Below, piece by piece: positions 29,561 through 39,592 of a stretch of DNA of 64,000 nucleotides (position 1 is its first letter; each line of letters opens with the position of its first letter). A program made the position numbers and the translations under genes. Origin of the DNA: a virus. The stretch is from IMG/VR virus record IMGVR_UViG_3300033143_004671, positions 23,210 to 87,209 of that record. One strand, given 5' to 3'. A model generated the notes under the pieces. The model searched no databases. It saw nothing but the letters and a program-made list of their open reading frames with translations, and had not been told where the DNA came from.

Positions 29561-29835
29561 TACTCATCACCCATGTTCGTCGGTGGCCTCACACCTTTAC
29601 TCTCAATCCTCTCTCGCTCTTTCCTTCTATCCTCTCTCACGATCCTCCCCTTGTGTTCCTTATCGCCTTCAAAGTGCAGGAAGGTCTGGAAGACATCCTC
29701 GATCCGGGCACCCAACTCGGTGTATGTAAGATCGAGTATCTGTTCCTTCGTGAAACCATATCCGTATCGGGTGGATTGCAGGAGAGAGACTATATAGTCC
29801 CATCTGAGCCTGTCTCCACCCGGTCCAAGTTTTTT
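29560..29835 (-). CDS. tail assembly chaperone -1 frameshift extension (GT-like)
   Basis: A AAA AAC slippery site at 29829-29835; -1 frame is open for ~91 aa (YGFTKEQILDLT) and ends in a TAATG overlap with TMP. Confidence 0.8.
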   Translation of the reverse strand, partial: KKLGPGGDRLRWDYIVSLLQSTRYGYGFTKEQILDLTYTELGARIEDVFQTFLHFEGDKEHKGRIVREDRRKERERIESKGVRPPTNMGDE

Positions 29836-30236
29836 GAGTCGTCCTCGTCGGGCGTGTTTATTGTCTTCATCACAGTAGTCAGGTCTTCGATTGTCTCGTC
29901 ATCGAGCAGATCGTTCATCTCCTCAAACTTGAGTTCGGGATTAGAATGCCTCAGCGATCTCCACAGCATGAAGATCAGACCCTCGGCCGTTACCGCCTCG
30001 TACAGCAACTCGGCCTCGCTGATCGTCTGCGAAGCCAGGTCGGTCAGCACGCCCTTCCGTTCGTCGGCCGATAGTCCCTGAGCCGACGCCAGGAAGGCCT
30101 TGATCCGCTTACTGCGAATGAAATCCTGCAGGGCGAGATAGTCGCCTATCGTCGCCTGTTTCAGCGAGTACGTTACTCCCTTCAGTACGACGGTCATCGG
30201 CGTCGGTAATGCCTTTTCCAGTGAATCCGTTGTCAT
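29790..30236 (-). CDS. tail assembly chaperone (G-like)
   Basis: position between tail tube and TMP; GAAAGGA RBS. Confidence 0.8.
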   Translation of the reverse strand: MTTDSLEKALPTPMTVVLKGVTYSLKQATIGDYLALQDFIRSKRIKAFLASAQGLSADERKGVLTDLASQTISEAELLYEAVTAEGLIFMLWRSLRHSNPELKFEEMNDLLDDETIEDLTTVMKTINTPDEDDSKNLDRVETGSDGTI

Positions 30237-30352
30237 CTTCCTGCTCTTCCTTTCATAACACGTCAAATCCTTGCGAGGATTGTTTCTAACCAACGATCTC
30301 GCGATAAACGACCCGATACACGTTATATCGAGCAATGCCCTTACAGGGCGTC

Positions 30353-31603
30353 CTACGTTGTCTCCGTCCCAGGCCACATGGAACCCTGGAAGGTCAGATT
30401 GTCGGTTATCAGCGTATCCACCGCTGCCGAGGGACTGATACCGGAGACTATACCCCATCCGCTGAGGTAGTTGCCTGTATCCTCGTCAGTGTAAAATCGT
30501 AGAATACAACGCTTCGATATTACACCATAACCGAGGGGATTGATCCAATACCTGTCGGCCGAGCCAGTCCAACCCTTCAAGCCAGCTTTGAACGTACGCC
30601 AACCCGTCGAGCGGAAGTCAGTATCATCCATCATATCCGCAGCAATATCCAACGACCAACTCGTGAAACCACCACACTCGACAGTCATCGGATAGTGGCG
30701 ATAGGTCGCCGTGACGGCCTCACCGGCTTGCGATGTCTTAAACGTGATCGACCCTTTTGGTGTTATCGAGAAGTCCTGACCCAACACTTGAGTCACTCCT
30801 CCTGAGACCACCGTCAGGTTTTCATATTCCACATTCTCATACGCGGTGCGATAGACAGTAGTTGATCCGGAGTCCGACGTAAGCGCCTCGGTCGTCTCGG
30901 TATTGTAGGTCGTAGTAACCCAACCGTCACCACCAACTACGGCATCATTACTGTTCTTAGATGAATCGTCGCCGAAGGTGCCTGCCCCCTCGTGGAACAT
31001 CCACTCACCTTCGAGATCACCGAGAACGGCTCCGGGGAAGTTGCCCTTCCACAAATCACTAATCTGAGCATCTGTCAACGCCGCACTGTAGATGCGGACC
31101 AAGCCGACCCGAATAGCGTTGGTATTCGTGGGATCACCAAATACCAAATCACTCGTATTGGATAAGTCCCCAGCCGTCAGAGTCGCCGTATTTGCAGCGA
31201 CGGCATCCGTGTAGATACGAATCCTATCGTTGGCAACATCTCTCACACCAACCAGGTGAACCCAATTGTTATTAGCAACATCGGTGGCTCCGGCTACCAC
31301 ATCGCTTGTCGAGGCATCATTGGTTTGGAAGATGGGCTTACCACCTGTAAATCCAAGGAACCAACCAACTCCCGTATCGCTAAGCACAACTTCGCTAAGG
31401 ATTGATCCTTTAGAGACCAGATCGCCTATATTACTCACGTCACTGTTCGGCGTCATCCATGCCTCGACACTGAACGAGGCATCCGATGCAAAGTCCAGTT
31501 CACCGCCAGTAGGATCCGCGACGGTAATATCGCCGCCCGACGTACTGACGGCGTTCTGCTTTGAAAGATAGAACGCTCCGAGATACCCTTTTGTCGCTGC
31601 CAT
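30353..31603 (-). CDS. tail-tube-like protein with an inserted LamG/ConA-like domain
   Basis: FSVEAW, WVHLVGV, VRIYSAALT (LamG); WSLDIAADMMDDTDF...WRTFKAGLKGWTGS is paralogous to the next gene. Confidence 0.75.
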   Translation of the reverse strand: MAATKGYLGAFYLSKQNAVSTSGGDITVADPTGGELDFASDASFSVEAWMTPNSDVSNIGDLVSKGSILSEVVLSDTGVGWFLGFTGGKPIFQTNDASTSDVVAGATDVANNNWVHLVGVRDVANDRIRIYTDAVAANTATLTAGDLSNTSDLVFGDPTNTNAIRVGLVRIYSAALTDAQISDLWKGNFPGAVLGDLEGEWMFHEGAGTFGDDSSKNSNDAVVGGDGWVTTTYNTETTEALTSDSGSTTVYRTAYENVEYENLTVVSGGVTQVLGQDFSITPKGSITFKTSQAGEAVTATYRHYPMTVECGGFTSWSLDIAADMMDDTDFRSTGWRTFKAGLKGWTGSADRYWINPLGYGVISKRCILRFYTDEDTGNYLSGWGIVSGISPSAAVDTLITDNLTFQGSMWPGTETT

Positions 31604-31630
31604 AGTTTTCTCCTATCGCACAGCTTCTAA

Positions 31631-32017
31631 TTAGCCACCAGTGAACCACATATCACTCGTACCCTGGAAGTCCAGCGATTGGGTGGCCACACCATCAACG
31701 GTCGTGGCAGGATGCCAACCACTACAGATCGCCTGCCCATGCATGTAGTCAGTACTGTTGACATACAGCTTGATTGTAGCCGTCGATCCCACGTCACTCG
31801 GGACGATCTGGTTCGTACTGTCCACGTACAACTCGATACTACCAGACCAGCTATTGAGCCCACGTGTGAACTCACGCCATCCATTACTGTCAAAGTCGGT
31901 GGTGTCGTGAGTATCACCCGCGACATCCAACGACCACGAATGAGCGCGATAGACGACGTCCGAATCGACAATCGCACCCCAATCCAACTCTCCATCATAT
32001 CCAGGAATCGTACCCAT
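31631..32017 (-). CDS. major tail tube protein
   Basis: WSLDVAGDTHDTTDFDSNGWREFTRGLNSWSGS...FQGT. Confidence 0.8.
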   Translation of the reverse strand: MGTIPGYDGELDWGAIVDSDVVYRAHSWSLDVAGDTHDTTDFDSNGWREFTRGLNSWSGSIELYVDSTNQIVPSDVGSTATIKLYVNSTDYMHGQAICSGWHPATTVDGVATQSLDFQGTSDMWFTGG

Positions 32018-32046
32018 TATATTTCTCCTATCTAGCTAACCTTATT

Positions 32047-32451
32047 CTACTGCCAACGAATCCTAAAATCCGCCGTCATCTGCCACACTCTATCTTCTCC
32101 GAACCACGTTGGTCCGGTGCTGCCTTCTCTCGCACAACTTATGTGCGTCTTGCTATCGTACGTCAATGTAGCCCTATCGAAGACCACATTCAAGTCCGAA
32201 TACATCTGGTTGATAGTCGAGCTATCGTCGCTATCATCGTACAAACTAAACTGCACGATGGCTTCCTGCCAATCGCCATTCTCATTAAACGTCCTAACAG
32301 GCGTCTCGGAGATCAGATCGAAGGTGATCCAGGGCAATGTCTTATCGCCAGGCACGTGAGAAAAGTATACATCGCTCGTCACGGCGAGCAGTGTGGCATC
32401 GCTGGCCTTCGTGTTTATGGCAATAATCAATTCGTCGATATCACCTGGCAT
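32047..32451 (-). CDS. tail terminator (DUF3168-like)
   Basis: position; LPWITF, VQFSLY. Confidence 0.7.
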   Translation of the reverse strand: MPGDIDELIIAINTKASDATLLAVTSDVYFSHVPGDKTLPWITFDLISETPVRTFNENGDWQEAIVQFSLYDDSDDSSTINQMYSDLNVVFDRATLTYDSKTHISCAREGSTGPTWFGEDRVWQMTADFRIRWQ

Positions 32452-32877
32452 CTATATCTTCCTTATCGGTTTGCTAAAGATCCTTTTGATCTCCGGCTTT
32501 GCTTTCTCCAGAGCGGGCCGCATGAAAGGTCTGGGTTCCATCTTAGGAGTCCCAAACTCAAGCCACTTACCATACTTGACATTAGTACCCGCCCTGGAAA
32601 CAGGCAATGCAGGATGCACCCAATGCGTAATGCTTCTCTTCAACGTGCCTGTCTGCACTCTAGGCACTTCACCTGGCTTCGACCTGAACGAACCCACCTT
32701 ACCCGGCTTCTGTCCTTCCTGCAGGAACCCGCTCTCCGTCCGTCCACCCGCCTTCATCGACTCCTTTACTAACTGCTCGACGTAGACGGCTGCAACGAGG
32801 ACATCCCTACGGGATTTGTCCATCAAGGCCTTCTCAAACTCCTTGCCTCTCCAAATTAGTTTGCCTTTCGCTGCCAT
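32452..32877 (-). CDS. HK97 gp10-like protein
   Basis: TGTLKRSI, LEFGTPKMEPRPFMRPAL. Confidence 0.9.
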   Translation of the reverse strand: MAAKGKLIWRGKEFEKALMDKSRRDVLVAAVYVEQLVKESMKAGGRTESGFLQEGQKPGKVGSFRSKPGEVPRVQTGTLKRSITHWVHPALPVSRAGTNVKYGKWLEFGTPKMEPRPFMRPALEKAKPEIKRIFSKPIRKI

Positions 32878-32879
32878 AT

Positions 32880-33215
32880 CTATATCGCCTGTTTCAGTTC
32901 CCTCAAAACCAATTCCGTATGATGATCCATCTCATCGATGTTCCTGACCAGTTCTATCTCAAATGTCCTTGTCCCATATACTATCCTGTCCTGCTCCGTT
33001 ATCCCAGTGTAATTACCCGAGACGAACATATGATGGGTCACTGGTGTCCTCGTCGATCCATACAACTGAGCCTCCACACCTGTCATAGGTTGGATACGGG
33101 CGGGCATACTCGCATAGCGATTCGTCCACGTACGGGTGACGCCACCGCGTCGGGTGTTGGACACCGAGCACTGCTGCACATCTACCGTCACGTTCATTAG
33201 CGTATCAAACGACAT
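32880..33215 (-). CDS. head closure/head-tail adaptor
   Basis: PARIQP, DRIVYGTRTFEI. Confidence 0.8.
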   Translation of the reverse strand: MSFDTLMNVTVDVQQCSVSNTRRGGVTRTWTNRYASMPARIQPMTGVEAQLYGSTRTPVTHHMFVSGNYTGITEQDRIVYGTRTFEIELVRNIDEMDHHTELVLRELKQAI

Positions 33216-33216
33216 A

Positions 33217-34449
33217 CTATCGCCACACCTCGGCACCAGCCTTAATTCTTTCCATCATACGAAAGTGGTAATCAGATGCAATAGTAGCGACATTAGGCTG
33301 CCACGGCGAAGGAAAGACACAAAATCCTTTCGCTCCCAGATCCCTAAACTTCCGACACATCGCAACTACTTTCGCTTTAGATACCAGTGCCCCGCTATAG
33401 TCAGCAAAATTGGAATCTGCCAACAAGGTAATCCACAAATACCCTTCCATATCATGCCTATCCCCAGGATAGTCATTATTAGGTCTCGCTGTTATCAGAG
33501 GAGCAAGATCATTTCCGGCATGGTCTGCATCGTGAGCAAGCCATTCGTCTACCTGACTAGGCGGATCGCTGGCTAACCAAATACCCGGTCCCGATTCACG
33601 TTGTTCGTTTGGATGCTCTACATAGAAGGGACTCATTGGAATGTCCCCCACACCACTAAAGAAGTGCAGGTTCCCATCGTAGTAGTATATTTTAGGATCG
33701 GCACCCGCGGCGCTACGGATGTCGGCCGGCATGGCTGCCTTAGCCCCTATATATTCCTGATCGACTAGTACAAAATCGGGAGACCACCTGCTTATTACCG
33801 TCTGCATGTAATCGAGCCATGCGGCGTATCGCTCGGCATCGGTGTCGAAATCGTAGTAACTGTTATTCTCGTCGCTATCGTCGAAGATACCATTCCACGA
33901 GATTGTTACCGTTAGTGGATCTGCATACTGTGCCAGAACAGCTTTAAGCCAGACACTATGAGCACCCCCAACAAAGATGCCTACCGCATAGGCATCGAGG
34001 TAGGCGTCAATGATCTCGACCGCCTTGGCATCGGCCTGGGATCCCCCATTATCCAAATCGTAGACCCCATCCCAATCAATCTCGAATGGAAAAACAATCC
34101 TCGTGCTGGCTTCGGAGATCGTCACCTTTAACTCGCGAAGGATAACCTCGGTATGATGATCCATCAGATCCAAATCCCTGACGAATACTATCTCGAAAGT
34201 CCTGGAGCCAAAAACTACCCTATCGGCTTCCTCGATTCCAGTATACGTCGATGGCACAAACATCTTATGAGTTACAGGGGTCCTCTCTGAACCATACAAC
34301 TCCTGCTCCGTACCCGAAACGGGTTGGATTCGTGCAGGCATGCTAGTATACCTATCCGACCAGGTCAGGATAGACCCCGCCCTGCGTGTACCGGACTTCG
34401 TACACTCCTGCACATCAACCGTTATGTTCATCAAGGAGTCAAACGACAT
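33217..34449 (-). CDS. head-closure paralog fused to an ~300-aa unknown (possibly glycoside-hydrolase-like) domain
   Basis: first ~108 aa closely resemble 32880-33215; C-terminal domain contains VLVDQEY. Confidence 0.65.
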   Translation of the reverse strand: MSFDSLMNITVDVQECTKSGTRRAGSILTWSDRYTSMPARIQPVSGTEQELYGSERTPVTHKMFVPSTYTGIEEADRVVFGSRTFEIVFVRDLDLMDHHTEVILRELKVTISEASTRIVFPFEIDWDGVYDLDNGGSQADAKAVEIIDAYLDAYAVGIFVGGAHSVWLKAVLAQYADPLTVTISWNGIFDDSDENNSYYDFDTDAERYAAWLDYMQTVISRWSPDFVLVDQEYIGAKAAMPADIRSAAGADPKIYYYDGNLHFFSGVGDIPMSPFYVEHPNEQRESGPGIWLASDPPSQVDEWLAHDADHAGNDLAPLITARPNNDYPGDRHDMEGYLWITLLADSNFADYSGALVSKAKVVAMCRKFRDLGAKGFCVFPSPWQPNVATIASDYHFRMMERIKAGAEVWR

Positions 34450-34450
34450 T

Positions 34451-34630
34451 TCAGTCCTTTTTCACCAACCTCTCAAACTTGGCGACGATGGCACCAAATC
34501 CAAACACACCCAATACCTCAAACACCTGAGGAGGGATAGGCACACCACAGGCATTCAGTACGATGCCCGCGATAAGCAAACCAGCAGCCGTATACGTCTT
34601 TTTACCTTGCATGAACTTCAAAATGCTCAT
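34451..34630 (-). CDS. holin-like small membrane protein
   Basis: manual translation MSILKFMQGKKTYTAAGLLIAGIVL...; two hydrophobic stretches and a basic C-terminus. Confidence 0.6.
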   Translation of the reverse strand: MSILKFMQGKKTYTAAGLLIAGIVLNACGVPIPPQVFEVLGVFGFGAIVAKFERLVKKD

Positions 34631-34652
34631 AACTGTTCCTTTCCAACTAGCA

Positions 34653-35519
34653 TCAAACTCCCCTCACGACTACTTTGGCGTGAGGCTGAAGTTTCTCTCG
34701 TATCACACTCATCTGCGTTCTAACGGCAGACGACATTCCTGCTCCCTTCCTATAACTATAATCACCGATCTTCTCCGACTCGAGTGAACCATCCTGTTTC
34801 GACCAGTCGTAGAACAACTTCACGAGTTCCAGGGTCGCGTTTCGGATGGCCTCTGGTACGTCCTCCCTCGCATATCCAGCGGTATACTCAATCAAGATAT
34901 TCTTGTGTCCGTAGTCCCATCCCTTCGGATTGTACAGTCTACCACTATCGGCATCCTCGATCTCATATTCTGTTTCACTCTCTTCTGGTATCACGAGATT
35001 GACTATTCGATCCTTTGCCGACTGTGCAGGCACTATCACGAGTTCTGCCGGTGTGTAATCCCCAAACGTATCGACCACTACCGATGTCCAACCCGTCAGG
35101 GTGTTCACATCGGAGACTAAGGCAGTAATCGTAGCATGATCCGATAGGACAAGATCATTAGTCGTCGTAGTACCCGCTACACGCTTACTCAGCTTCAAAT
35201 GAACATCGGTAACCTGGACGGTTGCCCTACTCGCATCCCCATTATCGTATGTCACCGTAGCCACGTCATCTCGATCCGTACTGGCAAGATCGACCTGTGT
35301 CACTGGCACATTTTCGAGCCATAAGTAAGCCCGACCCGTCCCACTATGGTATTCTCGATATGACTGCGAGATTACATTGTAGCCCAACCAGTCATTGATA
35401 ACACTACAAGCCTGACTCACCATCTCGTCGATTTTTCTATCGTAGGTCGAGACGGTGACAGGCAAGTATCGCTTCGCATCTTCAAGACTGATGATTCCAA
35501 TTTTGCCGGGAACGGCCAT
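34653..35519 (-). CDS. head-tail connector (gp6/gp15-like) with an insertion
   Basis: SLEDAKRYL, YTAGY...VPEAI, ESEKIGDYSY. Confidence 0.8.
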   Translation of the reverse strand: MAVPGKIGIISLEDAKRYLPVTVSTYDRKIDEMVSQACSVINDWLGYNVISQSYREYHSGTGRAYLWLENVPVTQVDLASTDRDDVATVTYDNGDASRATVQVTDVHLKLSKRVAGTTTTNDLVLSDHATITALVSDVNTLTGWTSVVVDTFGDYTPAELVIVPAQSAKDRIVNLVIPEESETEYEIEDADSGRLYNPKGWDYGHKNILIEYTAGYAREDVPEAIRNATLELVKLFYDWSKQDGSLESEKIGDYSYRKGAGMSSAVRTQMSVIREKLQPHAKVVVRGV

Positions 35520-35872
35520 CAGATTTCCTCTTGTATGTTTATCTCGATGTCTTTGGTATACTGCACGACCGAGTTTGCATCGGTCACTTTGAAGGAGCCA
35601 ACATAGATTCCATACGAATCGCTGATGTCCGCCCAATCACTCGCAGTCGGTGTGATAGTCACCTCGGCATCACTCGCGGGTGATCCGATACTAATGTAGT
35701 CACTACCCGTCCCTCCCGTATTGCGGATGAAATAGGCCTGAGTGTATCGCTCGTGCCACTTCAACTGAAACTCGACTGTAGCTCCTGTCAAATCCAATGC
35801 ATCACCACTAGCATCGGATAGAGTAATGACCCAATCACGACAGTCCCCCTTATGCACTGTAAAATCGCTCAT
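35519..35872 (-). CDS. BppU-N-like virion protein (SD-rich)
   Basis: KGD...LDLTGATV; 6 SD in 117 aa. Confidence 0.6.
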   Translation of the reverse strand: MSDFTVHKGDCRDWVITLSDASGDALDLTGATVEFQLKWHERYTQAYFIRNTGGTGSDYISIGSPASDAEVTITPTASDWADISDSYGIYVGSFKVTDANSVVQYTKDIEINIQEEI

Positions 35873-36075
35873 TATTCCTGTAGTCCTACTGTCACGGTCA
35901 AGCTCGTCTGTCCTTTAGTTAATCCCGTTACCGATTCCATCCCTTTTGTCAGACCAGTCGTGCCGGTCATTCCAACTGAACTAGAAATAGTCTGCGAGTC
36001 TGCAACGGGGGAGACAGCAGCCGTATGCTTCCATCCCAACGCCCATCTCAATATATCAAATCGTCCTACTGACAT
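35872..36075 (-). CDS. small structural-module protein
   Basis: coupled to both neighbours. Confidence 0.5.
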   Translation of the reverse strand: MSVGRFDILRWALGWKHTAAVSPVADSQTISSSVGMTGTTGLTKGMESVTGLTKGQTSLTVTVGLQE

Positions 36076-37685
36076 TATTGCACTCTCGTAATCGGATTAG
36101 CATCCACGTCACTCGTCACCTTTTTCGTCAGGTGTGTTGTCGTCCCATCCGTCTTGTATATCGTCCAGTCGGATCCAACTATCTTGCTCTCCAGGATCGC
36201 CTGGACAACGGTATACATTGACCCTCCCTGAGCCGTAGCATCGACATCAGACATACTCGTACTAAGGAAGTCTCTCGTAATGTCACTAATGTTAGTCAGA
36301 CCTCTATCTGCCGCGTTCCATATATCAGAAGGGACAGCATGAAAATCAGAATCAGGTGTTGTCAGTGTCCTAGCAGCGGCTCCCCAAGTATCACTCGGAA
36401 CAGCATGAAAATCGCTCAAAGGTGTTGTGAGTGTACGGGTGCCCGCAGCCCACACGTCACTATCGGGAATGTTGAGGTTGGTATCGGCAGTAAGAACTCT
36501 AGTGCTCTGCACCCAAACATCAGATGCTATCTCGTCCTTAGTAGATATGACAGGCACAGAACCATCATTCCACGATGCTACGTTAACATCCTTTGTGCCT
36601 TGCACCCAAACATCCGAAGCAACAGCATCCTTACTAGTAGTAGACAGGGCGAAGTCACTCAATGCGGTTAGTGCCCTATTCGTTTCAGTCCATACAGCAG
36701 CAGCTACAGCATCCGAAGTAGGAGCACTACCTCCTCCCCCAGTAGTCCACGCCGAGTCACCTCGGTCTCGGATAGCTTCCAAGCTGTCAGTCGCGTTACT
36801 ATAATCACTAACATCTCCACCAACAGCTACGATATGAGCAAGGATGGTATTATTGGCCAGGACGCCGCTCAAGTCAGCATCACCAACCTTAGCCAAGTGG
36901 TCGAGATTGTAATCCGTGATGAGGGTATTCAGATTAGTATCCGATGTTAGTGTCCTGGTTCCTGCACCCCATATATCACTCGGAACGGCATGGAAGTCGC
37001 TAAGAGGTGTAGTAAGAGTTCTAGAGGCCTGTGCCCAAGTATCTGATGCAACGGCATCCTTACTAGCCGTGCTGAGAGCAAACCCGGCCTTGTCCGTGAG
37101 TGCTCTCGCAGCCGCGTTCCATATATCAGAAGGGACAGCATGAAAATCAGAATCAGGTGTTGTCAGTGTCCTTGTTCCAGCAGCCCAGACATCCGAGTCT
37201 GGCAGATTAGTCGCCGCAGTGAGCACTCTAGTGCTCTGCACCCAAGTATCCGACGCTACCGCGTCTTTACTCGCTGCAGACAAGGCAAATCCAGTTTTAT
37301 CGATCTCGGCTGACCTTACACTACCCGTAACGTCACTATTCAGAGCGTAGTAAGCGTCGCTGAACTTAACCGCATAGACAGGCGACTCAAAGGGCAGGAC
37401 ACCATCAGCGACACCAACGACCCGTAACTCACCTATAGTATTGTTTTGGGCGTCCGAGATACTAATGCTGTACACACCACTACCCTTATGTGCCCAAGCC
37501 CACTGGCCTGCATCCGATAAGGTAATATCGAACTTTGTTGATCCTGCCCCGTTTGTCTTTATCAGATCGACGGACATACCAGCCGCGTTATAGGCAACAC
37601 TGGTCTCCAATGTCTTGAAATCCGTATCATCGACCAACGGACCTACCGTTACGATCCATTCTTTATTGAGGGGTATATCGGGCAT
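36075..37685 (-). CDS. repeat-rich virion fibre-like protein (SDxW...TRTLT repeats)
   Basis: about a dozen W-containing repeats; 26 SD in 536 aa. Confidence 0.7.
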   Translation of the reverse strand: MPDIPLNKEWIVTVGPLVDDTDFKTLETSVAYNAAGMSVDLIKTNGAGSTKFDITLSDAGQWAWAHKGSGVYSISISDAQNNTIGELRVVGVADGVLPFESPVYAVKFSDAYYALNSDVTGSVRSAEIDKTGFALSAASKDAVASDTWVQSTRVLTAATNLPDSDVWAAGTRTLTTPDSDFHAVPSDIWNAAARALTDKAGFALSTASKDAVASDTWAQASRTLTTPLSDFHAVPSDIWGAGTRTLTSDTNLNTLITDYNLDHLAKVGDADLSGVLANNTILAHIVAVGGDVSDYSNATDSLEAIRDRGDSAWTTGGGGSAPTSDAVAAAVWTETNRALTALSDFALSTTSKDAVASDVWVQGTKDVNVASWNDGSVPVISTKDEIASDVWVQSTRVLTADTNLNIPDSDVWAAGTRTLTTPLSDFHAVPSDTWGAAARTLTTPDSDFHAVPSDIWNAADRGLTNISDITRDFLSTSMSDVDATAQGGSMYTVVQAILESKIVGSDWTIYKTDGTTTHLTKKVTSDVDANPITRVQ

Positions 37686-38501
37686 CTAACACGCCCTCCT
37701 CATTTTATTTCTTTGGTAGTAGTACCAAGACTTAGCGGCTGGCGCGGCCCCCGCCGTAGCCACCGCCCACAGTGCGATGTTGTCGGGCATGGTTATCAGG
37801 GCGTAGGGGTTGGCGTAGATGGCCCGCATCTGCGATGCTGTAAAACCATAGTCCCACACACCAAGAAACTTTGTCGTACCGTCCTGCGTGCGATCCGCCG
37901 CCGCCAGATTGCCGACGTACGCATCGCCAGCAAGCGTAATAGTCCCCGCCACGGTCGCCGAGTCGCTCTGTACCCCGTCAATCCAAAGCTGCGCCCCATC
38001 CGTCTCGCCAGCAACCCAACGCAGCGCGACCATTGTGTCAACGTCGAACTTGCCTGCGGGGAAATTGGTCGATCCGCCGAACGCGGTTCCGTTGACACGG
38101 CCGTAATATCTTCCAAGCGTATTGCCAAAAAAGAGTTCTGCTTCTGTGTTTGTCGCTGTGGCAAACGTCCGGCCATACTCGGTCCCAACCCCCTGAGATG
38201 CGATATTGATAATCGCCACGGCAGTCAGTTGCGACCACCCGTTCATTCTCGTCGAAAGCCCCGCAAGAGCGACCTTCTCTCCCTCCTGATCTGTTGTTAC
38301 CCCTCCGTTGGACCACGTGACGCCAGCATCAAGCGTGCCGCGATGACCATTCCCCGACACGTCCATCCAAACCCCGCCGCCGCCCTGGATGCCGGTGTAC
38401 AATGCCTGCAAACCGTTCCATAGCGAGGGAGCCTTTGATGACTTGCCCTTGGCCCGGCTGACCGCCAATACCTCGGCGAATGTTGGTCTCCGTATCGCCA
38501 T
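37686..38501 (-). CDS. LamG/ConA-like virion protein
   Basis: DVSGNGHRGTL, LWIDGVQ, VWDYGFT...IYANPY. Confidence 0.7.
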   Translation of the reverse strand: MAIRRPTFAEVLAVSRAKGKSSKAPSLWNGLQALYTGIQGGGGVWMDVSGNGHRGTLDAGVTWSNGGVTTDQEGEKVALAGLSTRMNGWSQLTAVAIINIASQGVGTEYGRTFATATNTEAELFFGNTLGRYYGRVNGTAFGGSTNFPAGKFDVDTMVALRWVAGETDGAQLWIDGVQSDSATVAGTITLAGDAYVGNLAAADRTQDGTTKFLGVWDYGFTASQMRAIYANPYALITMPDNIALWAVATAGAAPAAKSWYYYQRNKMRRAC

Positions 38502-38962
38502 TACTGCCCTTCTGGGTTGTACGGATACATCTTCAGGAAGTGCGATGACGAATCGGCAAGGTCTTGCCCGCAATCGTTCTTCACGGCAACGCGAAAATCG
38601 TATGGCGACAGCGGCACGCCCAGCACCTGCTGATATTGAAGGCCGTCCGTTTCATCAATGATGAAAATACCATGCAAGGAATTGCCGCTCGGTTTGATGT
38701 TCCCCAGATCGCCATGCTCGCCATCCGCGTACAGCGTTCCGTCATGCTGATAGAACAGATGAAGCTCGAAAATCAGGTTGCCATCGGGGGCCGCGTCGAA
38801 GTCGGCGAGTTTGAGCACAAAATCCGCCCACATGTAATGATACGTTCCGTTGGCGTAATCGCTTGCACCGAGAGCGTACGCGCCTTGAGCAAGGTTGTCC
38901 AATTGTGCAGTTGCAATTACTTCGCTGACCGTTTCCGGGTGCCAGAGTACCTTAGTGGCCAT
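38501..38962 (-). CDS. hypothetical virion-associated protein
   Basis: coupled ORF in the structural module. Confidence 0.65.
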   Translation of the reverse strand: MATKVLWHPETVSEVIATAQLDNLAQGAYALGASDYANGTYHYMWADFVLKLADFDAAPDGNLIFELHLFYQHDGTLYADGEHGDLGNIKPSGNSLHGIFIIDETDGLQYQQVLGVPLSPYDFRVAVKNDCGQDLADSSSHFLKMYPYNPEGQ

Positions 38963-38965
38963 GGT

Positions 38966-39271
38966 TTAACTCCCGTCCGCGAACACGTCCACGGCCGCGT
39001 CCACTTTCGTCTGAATGGCCGCGTCGGAGGCCCCTGTGATATTCGCAACCGATGCGTCCTTGTTCCCGGCAATCAACGCAGTAAGCATCTCCCGCGAGGC
39101 GGCGGCGGGATTGGTGAATGTCCGCTTCGCCCAGATCAGCCGGTTTGCGTGGTTCGCTGTTCCCGCGTCCTCGCCACGGACCGTATCGGCGGCGATAACA
39201 CACGCCACCTTGACCCTGTTGCGAAGCTCGCTGTTCGAGAGCAGCGGAAGCAATTCGTCGTATGTTGCCAT
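38966..39271 (-). CDS. hypothetical virion-associated protein
   Basis: NHANRLIWAK; in the structural module. Confidence 0.65.
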   Translation of the reverse strand: MATYDELLPLLSNSELRNRVKVACVIAADTVRGEDAGTANHANRLIWAKRTFTNPAAASREMLTALIAGNKDASVANITGASDAAIQTKVDAAVDVFADGS

Positions 39272-39352
39272 TACATCTTCTCCATCATTTCAGTCTCCAC
39301 TCTCCGGCCCGCCTTCAACCAGGCCTTACTCGTCGCCCTTCTCCAAAGCATA

Positions 39353-39580
39353 TCATTCATTTAGCAGACGCCTAACAAGTACCGTTGCTACACTAGCAAT
39401 GATTCCGACAAAAGCACCAGCACCTATAACAATACCAACCAACCGTGCCTTGAACAGGTTGATATTCTTGCCATGTGGGCAACCCGCTACATGGTCACTG
39501 ATCTCTTCTTTGAACGCCTCTCTCGCACCTTCCCGTATTGCAGCTTGCAGCAATTCTTTGTCTTGTTCACTTAACGGCAT
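39353..39580 (-). CDS. small membrane protein (holin/antiholin-like)
   Basis: C-terminal transmembrane segment. Confidence 0.55.
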   Translation of the reverse strand: MPLSEQDKELLQAAIREGAREAFKEEISDHVAGCPHGKNINLFKARLVGIVIGAGAFVGIIASVATVLVRRLLNE

Positions 39581-39592
39581 GCCTGTTGTCCT

